A DNA stretch of 58,042 nucleotides, filler included, from Sphacelaria rigidula (taxonomy: Eukaryota): assembly GCA_964200075.2 (NCBI GenBank). It is 4 parts of 4 records of this genome, joined end to end, with 100 filler letters (N's around TTAATTAATTAA, not from the genome) between each part and the next. Parts side by side here need not be neighbours in the genome. Positions count along the whole stretch, not along the records: positions 1 to 14,438 come from CAXNAA020002244.1; positions 14,539 to 28,974 come from CAXNAA020002245.1; 2 more parts are not named here. One strand, written 5' to 3'. The translations under genes were made by a program, and so were the position numbers. The notes under the pieces are model-generated. The model saw nothing but the letters and a program-made list of their open reading frames with translations. It made no database searches and was not told the DNA's origin. Shown here piece by piece: positions 10,831 to 24,504 of this stretch; positions within the stretch are counted from its first letter, which is position 1, and each line of letters starts with the position of its first letter.

Positions 10831-13139
10831 CTGTAGGGTTTCGGCTTCGTTACATTCGTCAGTGGTCAGAAATCCTCTGCATGTCGCGTGAAGGACGGGC
10901 ATGTTGGAAAATGACTTTTTTCGTCGTGAAAATAGGTACAACGTTTTTTAGGGGTATCCATCGCTGGTTGGTTAGCTGTACTGGGTAAAATTGAGCCAAG
11001 CTGCGATGAGGAGATGATGGCTCTAGATACATAATACAGCTGTGTATCGTTTTCGTTGCGATCTAAGCCTCTATCCACTTGTTTGACTCCGTCGCGTCTT
11101 CACTTTGGGGGTGGTTGAGGGAAACGGGACACCAACCCCCGATGTGACACTGAATGGTTATATGAAAAATTCGGGTAATGGTTTCAAACCATTATTTTCT
11201 GTTATTTAGGGGGTATTTTAAGCCGTTACCCGGCTACGTATGCTCATACAGCACACGTATTTTTCAACTTTAAAGTGAATCCATATCGTGTAAAAACGTG
11301 CCTCCCGCACGGCGCCTCCAGCGGGATCCCCTCTGCAGGGGGGAAATGTTGGGCTCGCGGCTGCACCGTTCGCTGACCAAACCATTATGTACCATTTAAC
11401 TAGTTAAGCCTTTTGGGAACCCAGTGACGGTTTTTGTTTTTGTGAATCGGCATCATTTTCAGTCATTTTCAAGTCAAGATGATGCCGATTCACAGAAACA
11501 AAAATCGTCCATGAGTTCCAAAAGAGTTAATGGTTAGACAAACCATTTCCGAGCTTCATAGGGCCTTTTACCGACTATGACTGCCCACAGCGCTGAGCGA
11601 AAGTGTCACTTTACTTTCATCTTGGGGTCGTGCTTTTTGCGGGAATTTGACGCTTTCGCTCAGCACTGACTTTGGGCGTACAACCAAGGCGGTCAAGAAG
11701 CACTAAAATAATAGTTGAAACACTAGTTTCCACGCGATCAAGGGGCATCAGGCCTACAAAAGAGTCATTGGGCATAGGTATTTTTCTAGTTTTGTCATCT
11801 CAACTATTCTGGACGCCAGTCTACCCCTTTCGGTATATGTGGGCGCACAAGGTGGGGTCACCCAGGAGGAGGAAGGCCAACAGAGGAGTTTTTTTTTCTT
11901 CATTTGTTTTAGTCCTCCACCTGCCTGCGGTGCTTGCCTCTTTTTTATCGAGAGAGGGGTTCAGCAGTCCTTTTCCCTCGTCAAGGATGAGGTCAAATTT
12001 CGTGTACCCATACGGCGTAGTCGCTGTCCACTGTTAAGCACTGTGAGAGAAAAAATCCCACATCGTTTGTTTGACTGCACCGAGATTTGAACCCACGACC
12101 CGACCTTCAGCAGGTTTCGAAGTCACCAAATGAGCCACCGAGGCGACCTAGTTTTAGAGCAGGGAAATCACTGCTTTGAGATTGAGAGCCATTTTTTGCT
12201 CAACCGGCCTCATTTCTCAGGATGATCTCTTCCCAATTGTTATTCCACCCTTACAGGGCGAAATCGGATGTCCTCAAAGGTGCCGTTGAGGGGTACCATT
12301 TCTCATTTTCTGAACAATTTCGACTTCCTTTCATTCTCGTACAACAAGTTCGTTCCATTCTTCAAAACCCCATCTTAACCTTTATTATCAGGCCTCGAGA
12401 GTCAGGCCCCGGGAGTAGGTTATCTCTATTGAAGCGGCATAAATTTCACTCGAAAAAATAACCCATGGCCCTGATGGACTACCCGCTCTCGCGGCCGACG
12501 CGTCAACACTCTCCGCAGATGCGAAACCGGTCGTCACGTATATCATTCGACCAGTAATTGCCGCACGAATGTGCGCTAGCTTCGTCGTATCTCACCAGTA
12601 TGTTGCGAGAAACGTGCTCTCGATACGGCGAGGTATCGATCTCTTGATGATTCCTTTCCAGGTCACGCTCACCAAGTCGTCGAGGCACCTGATGCAGGTG
12701 CAACCGTACAGGGCGTTGTTGTTCCGGTTGTCTCAGTTACTGTGCAGGAAAAGTACAAGAGTATACATGAACGCGTTTCTGTCGGAGGCGCGTGCTACTT
12801 TCCACCACCCTGCGGACAGCGACTCATTCGGGCACTCACGTGATACGCCGCTCCAGCATGTGGCTGGCCATGGTGTTAAAAACGATGCGAGACATGAGCG
12901 GGAATGGGCAGGGGAAATGGAGCGTTGTGGTTAAATGACATACATGGCGGGGTTGTTACAGTACGCATGGACTAACCCCGGTTGAAGAGGCTCAAATATA
13001 TAGCAATAGCCCGCAATCGCTGCTACTTCGTATAACAAACTTCTGAAAACACGGTCACCTCCGTATGAAGCTCGGTATGAAGCTCTGGTGGGGCTCGCCG
13101 CCCTCTTGGAGGTGCGGGCGGCCCTGAGCGGAGGTCCAT
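10831..13139 (-). CDS. Tentative 5' exons of the bactofilin gene
   Basis: Candidate exons are 13139-13059 (MDLRSGPPAPPRGRRAPPELHTELHTE), 12688-12596 (VPRRLGERDLERNHQEIDTSPYREHVSRNIL) and 10876-10831 (GFLTTDECNEAETLQ, donor CAG|GTAAGT, phase 0 into AETPETT). The second and third do not join in phase, so an exon is missing or one call is wrong. Confidence 0.35.
11404..11530. repeat. Short hairpin (~50-bp stem)
   Basis: cttttgggaacccagtgacggtttttgtttttgtgaatcggcatcatttt pairs with aagatgatgccgattcacagaaacaaaaatcgtccatgagttccaaaag. Confidence 0.7.
11790..12148 (-). mobile_element. tRNA-derived SINE, second copy
   Basis: Minus strand GGTCGCCTCGGTGGCTCATTTGG (A box) ... GGTTCAAATC (B box). The body is colinear with 2430-2788. 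Confidence 0.75.
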
Positions 13140-14438
13140 TGCTACAACAGTACAGCCATTTCGTCTATTCCCGACGACGAAACGCCAAGTGGTGCTCCCA
13201 CCACCGCTAGTGCGCTGTAATTGGGCCGCAAATTGTTGCGATCTTTCGTGGGTCGCGCTGGCTCTATCTGTTGTACACTGTACGAGACTTCTTCCCTCTC
13301 CGGCATCAACTCAGTGGACTGGCGGACCCTTGCAGAAGTCGAAGATGGTGAAAACTTCAACGGAAGAGCTTTCCAGTCAGGAACTCGCCGAGTTTCGTGA
13401 AAGTGAGATACACTACAGTATGGATATACTCTGGATTCTGTACAGATTGAAGTAGTAGGTCTACAGTAGTACGTAAAAACCGGGGCCATCACCGACGCCG
13501 CAACTGCAGTCCTGTGATACATTCATCTAGTAGTGCTCGTGACGTTGCACCGTACGGGGTACAGAATAGTGCCACCGTGCTGTAACTCAGAAAGCGTCAC
13601 GTTTTCGCTACCCCTCAAGAAGCATGGTACAGCGGATCTAACAGACTGAGTGATACAGAGCTATCGACACTTGTGTAGCAGCATCCTCGAATAACTTCGA
13701 CTCAATTCCATCTAGGTAATGGCGACATGGATGGGGTTGGATACTTCTGTCTCAATTTTTGCCCTGTAGTATATAATCACCACCTTTTCGGTACGCAGGT
13801 CATTTTCCATCCTTGCTCTAAGGGGTACAACGACCCACCATGCGACTGGAGCCATGAACTCGTGCTGTATGCACCACAAAATAACAGTAGTAAGCTCGCC
13901 ACTGCACACACAAGCAGGTTTTCCTCATATCCGCACGTGCCTGTATAGACTTTTTCATTTTTTGTTTTCCTTCGTTGTCTGCACTTTCCGCTGCTCTCGC
14001 TCTCGCTCTCCCTCTATCTTCACCCCTCTTTTTTTAGTTTTTTTCGACAGCAAGAGGTTCCGTTTGTTCGCCTTCCATGGATACAGTACAATAGTGCGCC
14101 AGACGAGGAACTCGTATTTCAATTTCCAAGGCATACGTATAGACTCCTATTATAGAATTGAAATTCGGTGGACATACGGGGAGCAGGCGAGGTTGTTAGG
14201 GAAGCGAGGTATTGGTATCCGCGGCGTATTTATTTGTGCTACACTCGAGTATTACTGTAGGTTACGGTATTATACAGCGGGAGGTGGACGCACACAGCAC
14301 AGCGGAGGTCCCGCCACAGTGCGGCCAAAATCATTATTGCCACAAGTTAGAAATGCAATTATTACTATTACAAGCAATCGCACTTCAACAGTATATTTCG
14401 GGGTCAACGATGAATTTTTCTCCCGGGGGGGGGGGGGG

Positions 14439-14538
14439 NNNNNNNNNNNNNNNNNNNNNNNNNNNNNNNNNNNNNNNNNNNNTTAATTAATTAANNNNNN
14501 NNNNNNNNNNNNNNNNNNNNNNNNNNNNNNNNNNNNNN
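14439..14538. other. Assembly gap spacer (N44-TTAATTAATTAA-N44)
   Basis: The identical 100-nt construct occurs three times. TTAATTAATTAA puts stops in all six frames. Confidence 0.95.
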
Positions 14539-14605
14539 TGTTTGCTTTTTTTTTTTTCTTAGGTGGTTTTGCTGTGGGCCTGTATTCCTTTTTGGGGTTG
14601 AGACG

Positions 14606-14832
14606 GGGGGGGGGGGGGTACTCATTGGCTGCTTGCCTTAGTCGTTTCACCATTGCCCACGTATCCCTTTCGAGACGAAGCACCGTTCCTACTATGAATA
14701 GAGACACCTCCAACATTTGGGCGCTTACTACCTTCCTTTCGTACATTACACAAAACATTTTACACATCTTGTCCTCTTTCTGATTCGCCGTCTGTGGCCA
14801 CCATCTATCTCCTATTTTAGCCATCGTTTTTT
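14606..14832 (-). mobile_element. Non-LTR retroelement 3' fragment with oligo(C) tail
   Basis: Longer copy of the 8101 family. It encodes a decayed ...IGDRWWPQTANQKEDK... frame and ends AATGAGTA followed by a C-run. Confidence 0.7.
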
Positions 14833-15519
14833 GGGGAGGGATGGGGGGCGTATCCCCTCGTCAATGCCCGCGGTACACGGCAATATATTGGAAGGACAAC
14901 AACATTTGGAATATGAACACCGGTTACAAGATACAAAAATTGTAGAATGTGGGATCTATGACCCTTCGAGAATGCGGAAGTGGTGAATGATCGGAACGTG
15001 GCGGCCAGACAAAGATGATGCTGCGATACTTAGGAGGCACGGGTGCGATCTTCTGCACGAGGGCAGCACTGCACTTAAAGCGTGACTACATGGTATGTAC
15101 GCATCGCGCGCGTCGCAGTAGCGGCAAACAAACGGTACCGAGTTCAATCTGCGGGAATCACACCACGAGAGGCAGGCAGGGTAACCTAGAAGCGGCGTAG
15201 ACCAGCCGCAGGAACGGCGAAACAAACCTGCCAGACATCACAAGATCCACATATATGTATACCCTGTCCTTGAAACGGAGGAAATTCTCCACACGCCCCA
15301 GAAAAATGCAACTGCCGTACACGGAGGTAACGCTACCGGTCGATATGCGGCTGGGAGCCCCCCGTGCGACAGTAGGGGTGGTGTCCTCGGGAACCTACCG
15401 AAAAGCCAGATAAGAACTGCGAAATGGTCAACCGCCACGTTACTCCGCTCGTTGCGCAAGATACACAAATCAATTTAAAAAAAAAGAAAGAAAAAAACGC
15501 TCGCAAAACATTTTCTTAC

Positions 15520-16888
15520 CTGATCGTGGAGAGCAACGAAGTCACGAAACCGTCGGTGTACCTGAGGCGCACGCATGCACGCGTCGAGATTTCGCGGACG
15601 GTCAAGAAAAAAAAAAGAGGGCGCGAGCTCAGCAAGGACAATGAACGCCACGCGACATGCTGTCGGAGACTAAATGTCCACAACGCGCTATAGCGCAGGA
15701 CGTTTCAGGAAAGGGCACACCATATTGCGCAACCAAATATGCACGAACTCAATCGCCGGCGAGCAAGTTACTTCCGGTCTCCCACAAGATACACTGTAAT
15801 TTCGACTACGCATCCATGTGCACAGTCAATGACGAGTTGAGTGAAATTGAGACATACAGCGCACCTCAGTTTCCCGCAGTGGGCCGAAATTCAACAAAAA
15901 AAACAACCGCGCTCGATGGCCTACGACCTAGCGCACAATTCTGCCCCCACACTAAACAAAAACAGGCGCAAGTACAGATATGTATATAGATACCGACATT
16001 CTCCGACAAGAAGAAGGAGGGAAAAAATCAGTTAAACAGCGTCATCAGCATAATCCAGCGACCAATCTTATCGAAAAACACAACGCGACGAAACCTTGTA
16101 GAAAGTTCTTTCTTGATCTCCATCTCGTAATTCTCTACCCCCCCCTCCCCCCCCTCCCCCCCCTTCCTTCTCCTCAAGACGAGTTCATAATTTCAAGGGA
16201 TAAACCCTTCTGTCCACCTGGCCCTCTACCCTGCATTCATACCATTATTGAGCGCTGCATCATAACTATTCGCACTCCCCTCAGCCCAACAAACTTCCAT
16301 CGGATGGTTCTGTCAACCTTCATCGCACGGCCCTGCCAAGCTTCGACTTCTCTCTCATTCCTACGTTCTCGGAAGACAGAACCCATGAAAAAATAATAGC
16401 ATGATATATATATATACTATACTATACTATCGGAATTTCGAATCCACACAAATCCCTCAAAAGAAGTAGTGCTGATGGGCCAGTTTTACCAGCGGGACGG
16501 GGCAGCGAAATGAGATCGAAAGTAGTACAGCAACGGCTCACCAAAGTCCCCTTGCCGTCCGCCTTCCGTGTGGCATGGACCTCATACCACGTCACACCGC
16601 TCACCCTCGACCCTACGTCCAAACTGGCTGGCATGGACACCTCGTACTCATAGTCCGGATTCTGAGGGCATAAAAATAAAAGCACAAGTTCGAAAAGGCA
16701 TGAACACACGATGGGCATAACGCAAAAGAAATATCTGACGAAGCCGACGACGACGACGACGGGGATGAGGTTCCAGCCCGCCATAGGTGGATACACAGGG
16801 AGCGGCGGAATCAGGATGTCGTCGGTGGTGTCATGCTCTTCCCTGCGCTTTCAAAATTACCCACATGAGTTCGAAAACTGTGTTTTTG

Positions 16889-16933
<45 letters not shown>

Positions 16934-19900
16934 GAATCTTGGTTGCGCATTCCCACAGTCGTTCGAATGTCCAACGGCAACGCAACCGGCTGCAGAAAAA
17001 CAAAACATCAAAACATCACATGCACCACGAAAACTTACGAGAACACCACCCGGAACAGTTGACTCAGTGGTACGCGGATACCGCAATGCCGACACCCCGC
17101 CTCATTGCCCTCCCATGAACCAGCCTACGGTACGGCTCGGACGTGCGCCCTTCGAAGCTCTGTTAACAAACGAACTCGCTCGCCGGGGAAAACAATGCCA
17201 TTGCAAATCACGAAAATATCTCGCAAAACGGCCAATCCGTGCGCAGCTGAAAGCAGCAGGAGTCCCGCAGATTTTTTTGCAGCCCCGCACATTAACGCTC
17301 AGAGTGTGTACAGGTCCCTTGCAACATACTCCGGAGTTCGTGCTGAACACAAGAGTCACCAACGTTCGAGGTAAAAGGCAATCCTTATGCTGCGCTTAGG
17401 CTTCCTAGATTTGTGCACCTCAAAGCTCATATCTCGCTAGCTCTCTCACCACACCGGACAAACAGCGTAGGTTGTCCGTGCAGTCAGTCTGTATCATTCA
17501 CAAAACCTTCAGGGAGGGAATCTCCGAGTTGGAACACGACACACATCACGACGACTCTCATATCAACATCAACGTCAGAATACTTGCGACTGACAGCTCT
17601 CGATTTTAAGTTATTGCCCCTTTGTGAACGGCAGGGTGGAGCATCCCCGACATAATAAGTTTTTCGCGTCTCTGTGGATTTCTGCCAGTTGCTCATGACG
17701 AGTGAAAGCGGGGGGAATCGCTGTTTCTTGTGACAACCTCACACCCGCTGGACAATAAGTTGCAACATAAAAAAATACATACTGCGTCAAGTGTAGGTCC
17801 CATTGTAACTATTTGTCGCACTTTACAAAGTGCAATTTGTTCTACAATATTGCAACTATTGACCACGTACTGTCAAGGGTGTGGAAAACTTCGCGGCATC
17901 AACGCAAGGCCCCCAACGGGTGACTAGGGCACTCAATACTGAAAAATAAAATGAAAAAAAAATCGGCTTTATTTTTGTTTCGTCACACTTTTAACCCCTG
18001 CCCTTCCTGGGGAGGAATCCATGGTCTCAAGGGGGATCAATCAGCCGATCTCTCCCCCGGTACACGCCGGTTAAGGTCTCGCGGTTTGGATCATGACCAG
18101 CACTGCGAAACCGCGTCGACTCTCGTCAAACAAATTCAGTCGAAAAAAAAAAACACACCACTCACGTCCTCACGCTTTCAAGGAAGGAAATCAGAAACTT
18201 GCTGAAAAAAAATTTAAAAAAGGCGAAGGACATGAAAAAAAAGGGGAGCGTGAAGGAGAAAACGGGAACGTCTTACCTCATGCCCCTTTCGCCTCTGTAG
18301 TCGACTTCGCTAGAGAGGTAGTGCCTGCCCTAGAGGAGCACTGCAGCTCCTATTTACAACGCACAAAAAGTGGCAAACAGAGCAAGTGTATCCACAGTGC
18401 GGGCTGTCGTTGCCCAACACGAAGAACCCTCGAGCGGTACCCGTACTTGCATGGTGGTTGTAGTCATATATGCCAAGCACGATATCTGGTATCCCTCCAA
18501 CTGCCTCGAGCTACCTAGGTACACTTCGAACCGAGCAGTCATGCGTTTGTGCGTGAAACGCCTCCTTGTGCATCTTTACTGCAGTTGCCCTCTGCCCTCC
18601 ACTCGTACAGCAATAAATATAGCACGGGAAAAATCAAAAGCGATACCTGCACGGTAGCTGTAGTATCGAGCACGACGTTGCCATTCAGCTCGCACTGGTA
18701 GGCAAACCCAGTGACGCCCCTCCTGTGAAGGGCACGCCCGTGAGGAAAGGTCAGCCGGACGACAGAATAGAAGAAAAAAAAGAAGAAAAAACACATATAC
18801 ACAAAATAATTATGACTGTGCGCGCTCGCCCATCCATCGCTAGTGAATCAGAAACAAAAGTTGTCGTCCCGTAGGGCAGATCAACCGTTCTCAGCAAGCG
18901 CTATCGAACTCGGCGGGAGCGGAGACGTGTCTCCCGCCGCTGGGGTCTGACTTAAGTAAATAAATCAATCGGACAACTTAGGCGGAGTAGTAGTAGTGGG
19001 TTCGAATTTCCGGGTGTAACGGTGCATTCTACTAATTTCCGCGGCGGAAAGCGTGAGAACGTGAGCTGACGGAACAAAACAAAATAGCCATAAAGGTTGA
19101 CGGGCTGCAGGAGGATTGATAGTCATCGTCCACCGCTCGAAAATAGACCGCAAGGCAGACAGGCGCCGGGGGAGAAATGGGCTGATCTCTCTTGAGAATA
19201 CGAATTTCGTTCCGAAGAAGGGAAGGGGGTTGAAACGTATGACGAACAACAATAAAAGGTGACTGCATGAACTGCTTGCTGATGGCGCGAGCACGCCCAT
19301 CTGGGTCTCCGCGCATCATGACCAAACGCAACATTGCGTCAGTGGGCACTGTTTTTTTTTTTAATTGCGCCGATGGACGCCTCCGTAGAGATCGGACGTA
19401 CGCCAATACGTCAATACGCTCGGCTTCAATCTTCGCGGTCGACGCAGGTGTCAGTAGATAGAATCACGGCTACCACTTCATCGGACACCGCAAATTGAGC
19501 GAAGTAACATCAAACCTTCTCCTGCGATGAATCTCCTCATAATCATCAGAGCACGTCGAGATCCTCACAGCTTTTCTGATATTTTATTTCCGCGAGCATG
19601 ATCGACTCCATCTACATACTTCATACGGATTGCTGCAGGGGTTGGTATATGCGCCGGCGACAACCCCCTGCCGTACGCGAGGCCTACCGATTCATCTTCG
19701 CACAAATACTAGCGATGGGACCGCCCTCCATATGTCAGCAGCGCACCACCTTTATCTAGGCCACACGCGCGAACCGTGTTGGGCGGTCAAACGTGATATC
19801 CTTCTCCTGTCGAGGGCCCTATCCCATCTTGCGATAATGCGATATCTAGTGCCCGTTGCAAAAGACGTTGCGCTATTCCATCAACGATACAGTAGGACGA

Positions 19901-22900
19901 CGCAGTCAAGGCTGATTTTTTTTTTCGAAAAGTCGTGCGAAATAGCACCGTGAGAAGGTCAACATCGGCCATTTTTTACGTATATATGATCTGAAAGCAG
20001 TCTCACCGACGCCCCATCCCACCCGGTCGCAGCCACTCCACACACTGCATGATTTCTCCAGCTGTAGGTAAGTCTTGTACAACAAAACAATATTTTCGAA
20101 TGCTATGTGTAGAGTCCTACTTTCGACGTACTACTTTGTGTTAGCGGGCAAGACAATCAGGGGTCGTGAACTGTGGAGGGAAAAACCTCTGAAGATGAAA
20201 GCCATTTCAGATCCGGTAGCCCCCTACCGTGCATCGTAGTGCACACCCGATATCGAGTACAAGAACCAGGGCTGATGACGACGTGTATCTACGCGCTGCA
20301 GGCGGCTTTGCCAACGCCTCGGCTGGCTAAGAAGTTTGCCTTCTGATCGCTTCCCTGAAAAATTCAGCCACGGCTGGCATGTGACTACCGCAGGTATGAA
20401 AACCGGCGCACTCGCTATTTTGCACTTTCCGTTACGGTTACATCGATTATTTGCGGGCCGCGATCCGTACAACCGAGCTCCCGAAAATCTCGCATTCCGT
20501 GCACACATGGGATGGTCTAACGATGCACACCCGCTCGTCCGGTTCTGTATGCCGACCTGTGTACTTCCGCTATTTGGTCGTTTTGGCCCTCTCTGGCCCG
20601 CGTGCCATGTATCCGGCAATTTATTTTTCTTACTTTGGTTTCCTCTCCTTTTTTGCGTCGGACGTGCGATTTTTTTTTGGGGTATCTTTCATTTTTCGCT
20701 GACGTGCTGGTGAAACCCCGCCCTTCGAGGTGCTGTGTGTTCATGTTCATGTGCTGCCCGAACATGATGGCGGCCTACGGACACACGGGAGCCGGTCGTA
20801 GGGCACGATACAGCCCTCAATACCGTAAACGGTTGTTGAACCAACACACCGTCGCTCTCGGCATTCTGCTACGGTGCCAGAACCTCCCGCGTGTTTCCCC
20901 GTCTCGGCAAGTGCTGCCTAATGGAATAACATACCCTGATGGCAAGGGGGGTTGTGCTGCTATGCTGCGCCCTCACGGGAAAGCCCACGAACATGCGATC
21001 GGTGTGCATCTGCGGCGCTGATGATTGTGCAGCACAGGGCTGCTACCTATGACTGAACAGCATGTGCAGGGCTAGGTGTGAGGTGTACGGTGGTCGGTGG
21101 CCATTTTCAGCTGCGTCGATCAGTGAGCCTGTCCAAGCAATCTTCTGAAGAAGAGGGTGCTGCTTTGCTTAACCCAATTTATAGGCACTGGGCCCACAGA
21201 TAGGGGCAGATCATGAGTGGAAAGGTTTTTCGATCAATCACAGTCTTTAAATACAGCAAAATGCGGCGATCTTTCTTCAATCAGATGAGAAAAACGAGTG
21301 GGATATGAGTCGAAAAGTAGCTTTGATTGGCCCACACATTGCGCCGCTGCGAGGCAGACAGCTGCTACCGTCAATAAACGAGGATACAGCAGATCAGTGC
21401 TGGCTCAGCTTGTTTGCCCCAACCTACACGCACCCGCCTTGCGTGTCTTCCCCGATCACAGCACCCGACTATGACTGAGGTACCAGAGAAGATGGAACAG
21501 ACAGCTACACAGCCGTCACGTTACGATTGTTTCAACCTTTCTTTGTTTGGACAGCACTTTGATCCTACCCCAATTCTGTGCAGACCGAAACACAGCATGC
21601 AGCAGTACAACTGCTCAGGCACTCTCCAGCGCGCATCGTACCGTGATCGTCGTCGAGTGTCCAGGTGCACAACATCACAGCGATAACTACAGAATAGAAA
21701 TAATGGGTTTGGGAAGCGACTTGTTCGTTTGACTCGAGACGGAACAGCCAACACACCATGAACGCTTTAACAGTGTGTAGACAGCACTGCGTGCCAACTT
21801 GACATTATTTTTCATCGAGACGAACGGAATGACAATACGAATTAGCTCAGGTATTCCCAGGGGAGATCAAACCGTCTCCACAAAGGTCTGAAGACGCCAC
21901 AGCGCAGCGACAGCTACAGCACACCAGACAGAGCAGAGTGTGGTTGTACTGCAGCACAGTGATACAAGATATGTCCCATTCGATACTTGTTTCCCTGTTT
22001 TCGTGTGAGTCCCCGATTTTTGCCGAGTGGCGATTTTCAAACGCTTGACCACAATCGGGCTTCGCGCGAAAATATTTATTTCACTTTGAGTTACCCCTAG
22101 TTGTGGGAGGTGAGCCAATTTCTAGGGTTGCGTACTGATAGCAATAAAAAATGAAGTATATATCCGAGATCGGCGAATACCACGAAAAAAATCAGCATAC
22201 GACGCAAAAATGCTGGCGAGTGCAGCGAGCAGGACGCTGGAGGCAAGGATATTGGGCATTTTTCGCTTCATTTCTCTTTGAAGTTGACCCGAACTGTATG
22301 CCGACCCCTCCTCCAACATTGGCACTTATAGGAGATAAATGGGGACCACAGACGGCGAAACAGGAAGGGAACAAGCTATGTAAAAGGTCTTCGTGTACCG
22401 TATGGAAGAAACGTGATGAGCGCCAAAATGTTGGAGGTATCTCTATGAGGAGTAGGAACGGTGCTCCGTCTTGAAAGCGATACGTGGTCAATTGTCAAAT
22501 GACTAGGGCAAGCAATTCATACGTACGCCCCCCCCTCCCTTCCCACCCTCCCTCAAAATTATGGGTCGAACTATCGGTCCGATTTTGTGAAGTTGGATAC
22601 AATATATACCAACCGATAGTATCGCATGTATCAGTGCCTTAATACAACCCTCATATGCCATCGTCAGTGTTCAAAAGCGGTTGAAAATCTGAATATGAAT
22701 CGTACAAGTGTGAGCTCCTGACCCTTGAAAAACAAAAAAAACAGATAAAGAAAAAAGGTATTGAGCGCTGTACAATTTTTTTGAGTGATTAGCCGTGAGA
22801 AAGCTACAAACTATCCCGTCTTGAAATCAACATCCCTCAACGTCAAGGCTGACCATGGAGCGCTTTTGAATTAGGCGTTTCCCAGGAGACCGAGCGAACT

Positions 22901-24478
22901 AGCTGCCACTCTTTAAACAATACCCGACGATGGCATCAAAAGATAAATACACTTCGCGGCGTTCGGCGCTATCCAATGATGGCCACCTTCCAGGAACCCG
23001 CTATAGTTGGTCGTTCTGAGGGTGCGGCCTCAAAAGGGTCAAGATTTCTGGGCGCTTACATCATCTACTAGAACCAGAGCTACTTTAGTGTCTTTTGATT
23101 GGAATAAGCAGTGGCCACGATTGACAGCGTCGCGGTTGCCAACGTCCTTGGCATTCTCTATTTGGGCACTGACCCCCCATGTGAAGCAGCGTATGGCACG
23201 CTCAGCGCGTCTATTCAGTTATTCGAAAGTGTTGGATGTTTTGCTCTGTTGGTTCCGGGGACGGATAATCATCAGTATTTCTAAGCGTATACAACTTTAC
23301 CCCAAACGCGGCGACTCGCTACGCCCTGCTTTGTCCCTCCGTCACCCTATTTTCGTCGCAAAGACGCCCATTATACGATACTTTGATGTAAAAAAATAGC
23401 AAATGCGCTCACACCCGGTCATCCTCCATACTTACGGCGTGCTGTACACTTTGCACCGACGAAATCGAGGTCAAGTGAATATTCGTCATCATCTCAAAAA
23501 ACTCCGGGGGCGTTCAAAGGAGCGTTGATCAACAAAGAATAGTGGCCGGCAGCACAGCAGTCACTATTTGGGAGTTGAAACGGATATCTTGCAGTCAGTC
23601 GTCAGTCAGCCCCCTTTGATTCGTAACTCGAGTACGAATGTCAAAATTATCGATTCGTGTCATGTTTCACTGACCTTCATTTTGCACCTACCCTCGTTGG
23701 ATGGCTCTCATTACTGGGCGAGATACGGGCAGGTGTTACTTTATCATTTATCTCCGAGGCACCGAACTGGGTCAAGAGGGGATCAATTTTCTTCGGCTCC
23801 CTTGGTTTTGCTCAATATTTGCTGGATAGGATACCAACAATAAGGAACAAAACCCCCAACCATTGAACGCCTGCTACCTACGGCGGTACACATCTCGCGA
23901 AAAAAGACCCGTACGTTCCGTTCCAGCAAAAAGCGAACATAATTAAAAGTCATCATCTGACACTTTCTATGATAGCCGCCGCCCCCCCCCCAAAAGGGCA
24001 TGGCTCGAGCAGACAAAATCTTCATGTAGATCGAACTGGAGAAAGCCGAGCACAACGAGTAGCTGGGAATTCCCACGCTTGGGTTTGTTCTCGTCAATGT
24101 CGCCGATATGAGGCGCTTCATGCACAGCCTAAACCCAAACATCAGGCGCTGTATGGCCATTTTTGTCGTGACACGTTTGGGCAGGGTTTTTTTTTTGGGG
24201 GGGGGGCTATCGTGGAAAGAATCTCATCTTTGGTGAAAGAAAAAAAAAGTACCGCCCGGAGGGCACATACACACAGCACGCTCTACGCCACGGCTGACTC
24301 CCCCGGGGATCGGGTTAATGTGCGACGACGGATCAATGCCAGCACGGTGCAGCAGACACACCTACCTGAGAATGCTCAGAACCCCGCTGTCGTTCGTGCC
24401 CTTGACGCTGAAGGGTATCTTCACCTGGCCAGTCACGAGATTGAAGACGTTGGTAGTCCCGGGGGAGCCGGGTACTTC
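15520..24478 (-). CDS. FAIM1-like + PX (phox homology) domain protein, partial (4 internal exons)
   Basis: Phase-compatible GT-AG exons: 24478-24366 (EVPGSPGTTNVFNLVTGQVKIPFSVKGTNDSGVLSIL-R), 18722-18647 (RGVTGFAYQCELNGNVVLDTTATVQ), 16661-16542 (NPDYEYEVSMPASLDVGSRVSGVTWYEVHATRKADGKGTL) and 15561-15520 (VHRRFRDFVALHDQ). VxRRFxDFxxL is the PX signature. GFAYxCxLNG resembles the FAIM1 strand GFAYEYTLEING. First and last exons were not found; the 3' part is probably in the gap at 14439. Confidence 0.7.
16889..16932. repeat. (TTG)n microsatellite
   Basis: Direct reading; about 14 units. Confidence 0.95.
22325..22552 (+). mobile_element. Non-LTR retroelement 3' fragment with C-rich tail
   Basis: Encodes IGDKWGPQTAKQEGNK...VWKKRDERQNVGGISMRSRNGAPS, then ...gtacgcccccccctcccttccc. 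Same family as 8101. Confidence 0.7.
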
Positions 24479-24504
24479 CTGAGTGACGGCAGTGCAGATA
24501 TGAG

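Noticed and set aside
14439-14538. TTAATTAATTAA palindrome inside N runs (also 28975 and 43509)
   Set aside because: Identical artificial scaffold spacer with six-frame stops; not biological.
4784-16661. A single gene fusing the 16.6-kb exon (…ASLDVGSR) to the bactofilin domain
   Set aside because: The 16661-16542 exon continues as a PX domain into VHRRFRDF, and bactofilin has its own first-rung exon at 4828-4784. An assembly gap separates them.
16760-18329. Possible extra exons 18329-18277 (GRHYLSSEVDYRGERGM) and ~16842-16797 (EEHDTTDDILIPPLP)
   Set aside because: They are phase-compatible, but the second has only a weak donor, and the flanking exons already join in frame without them.
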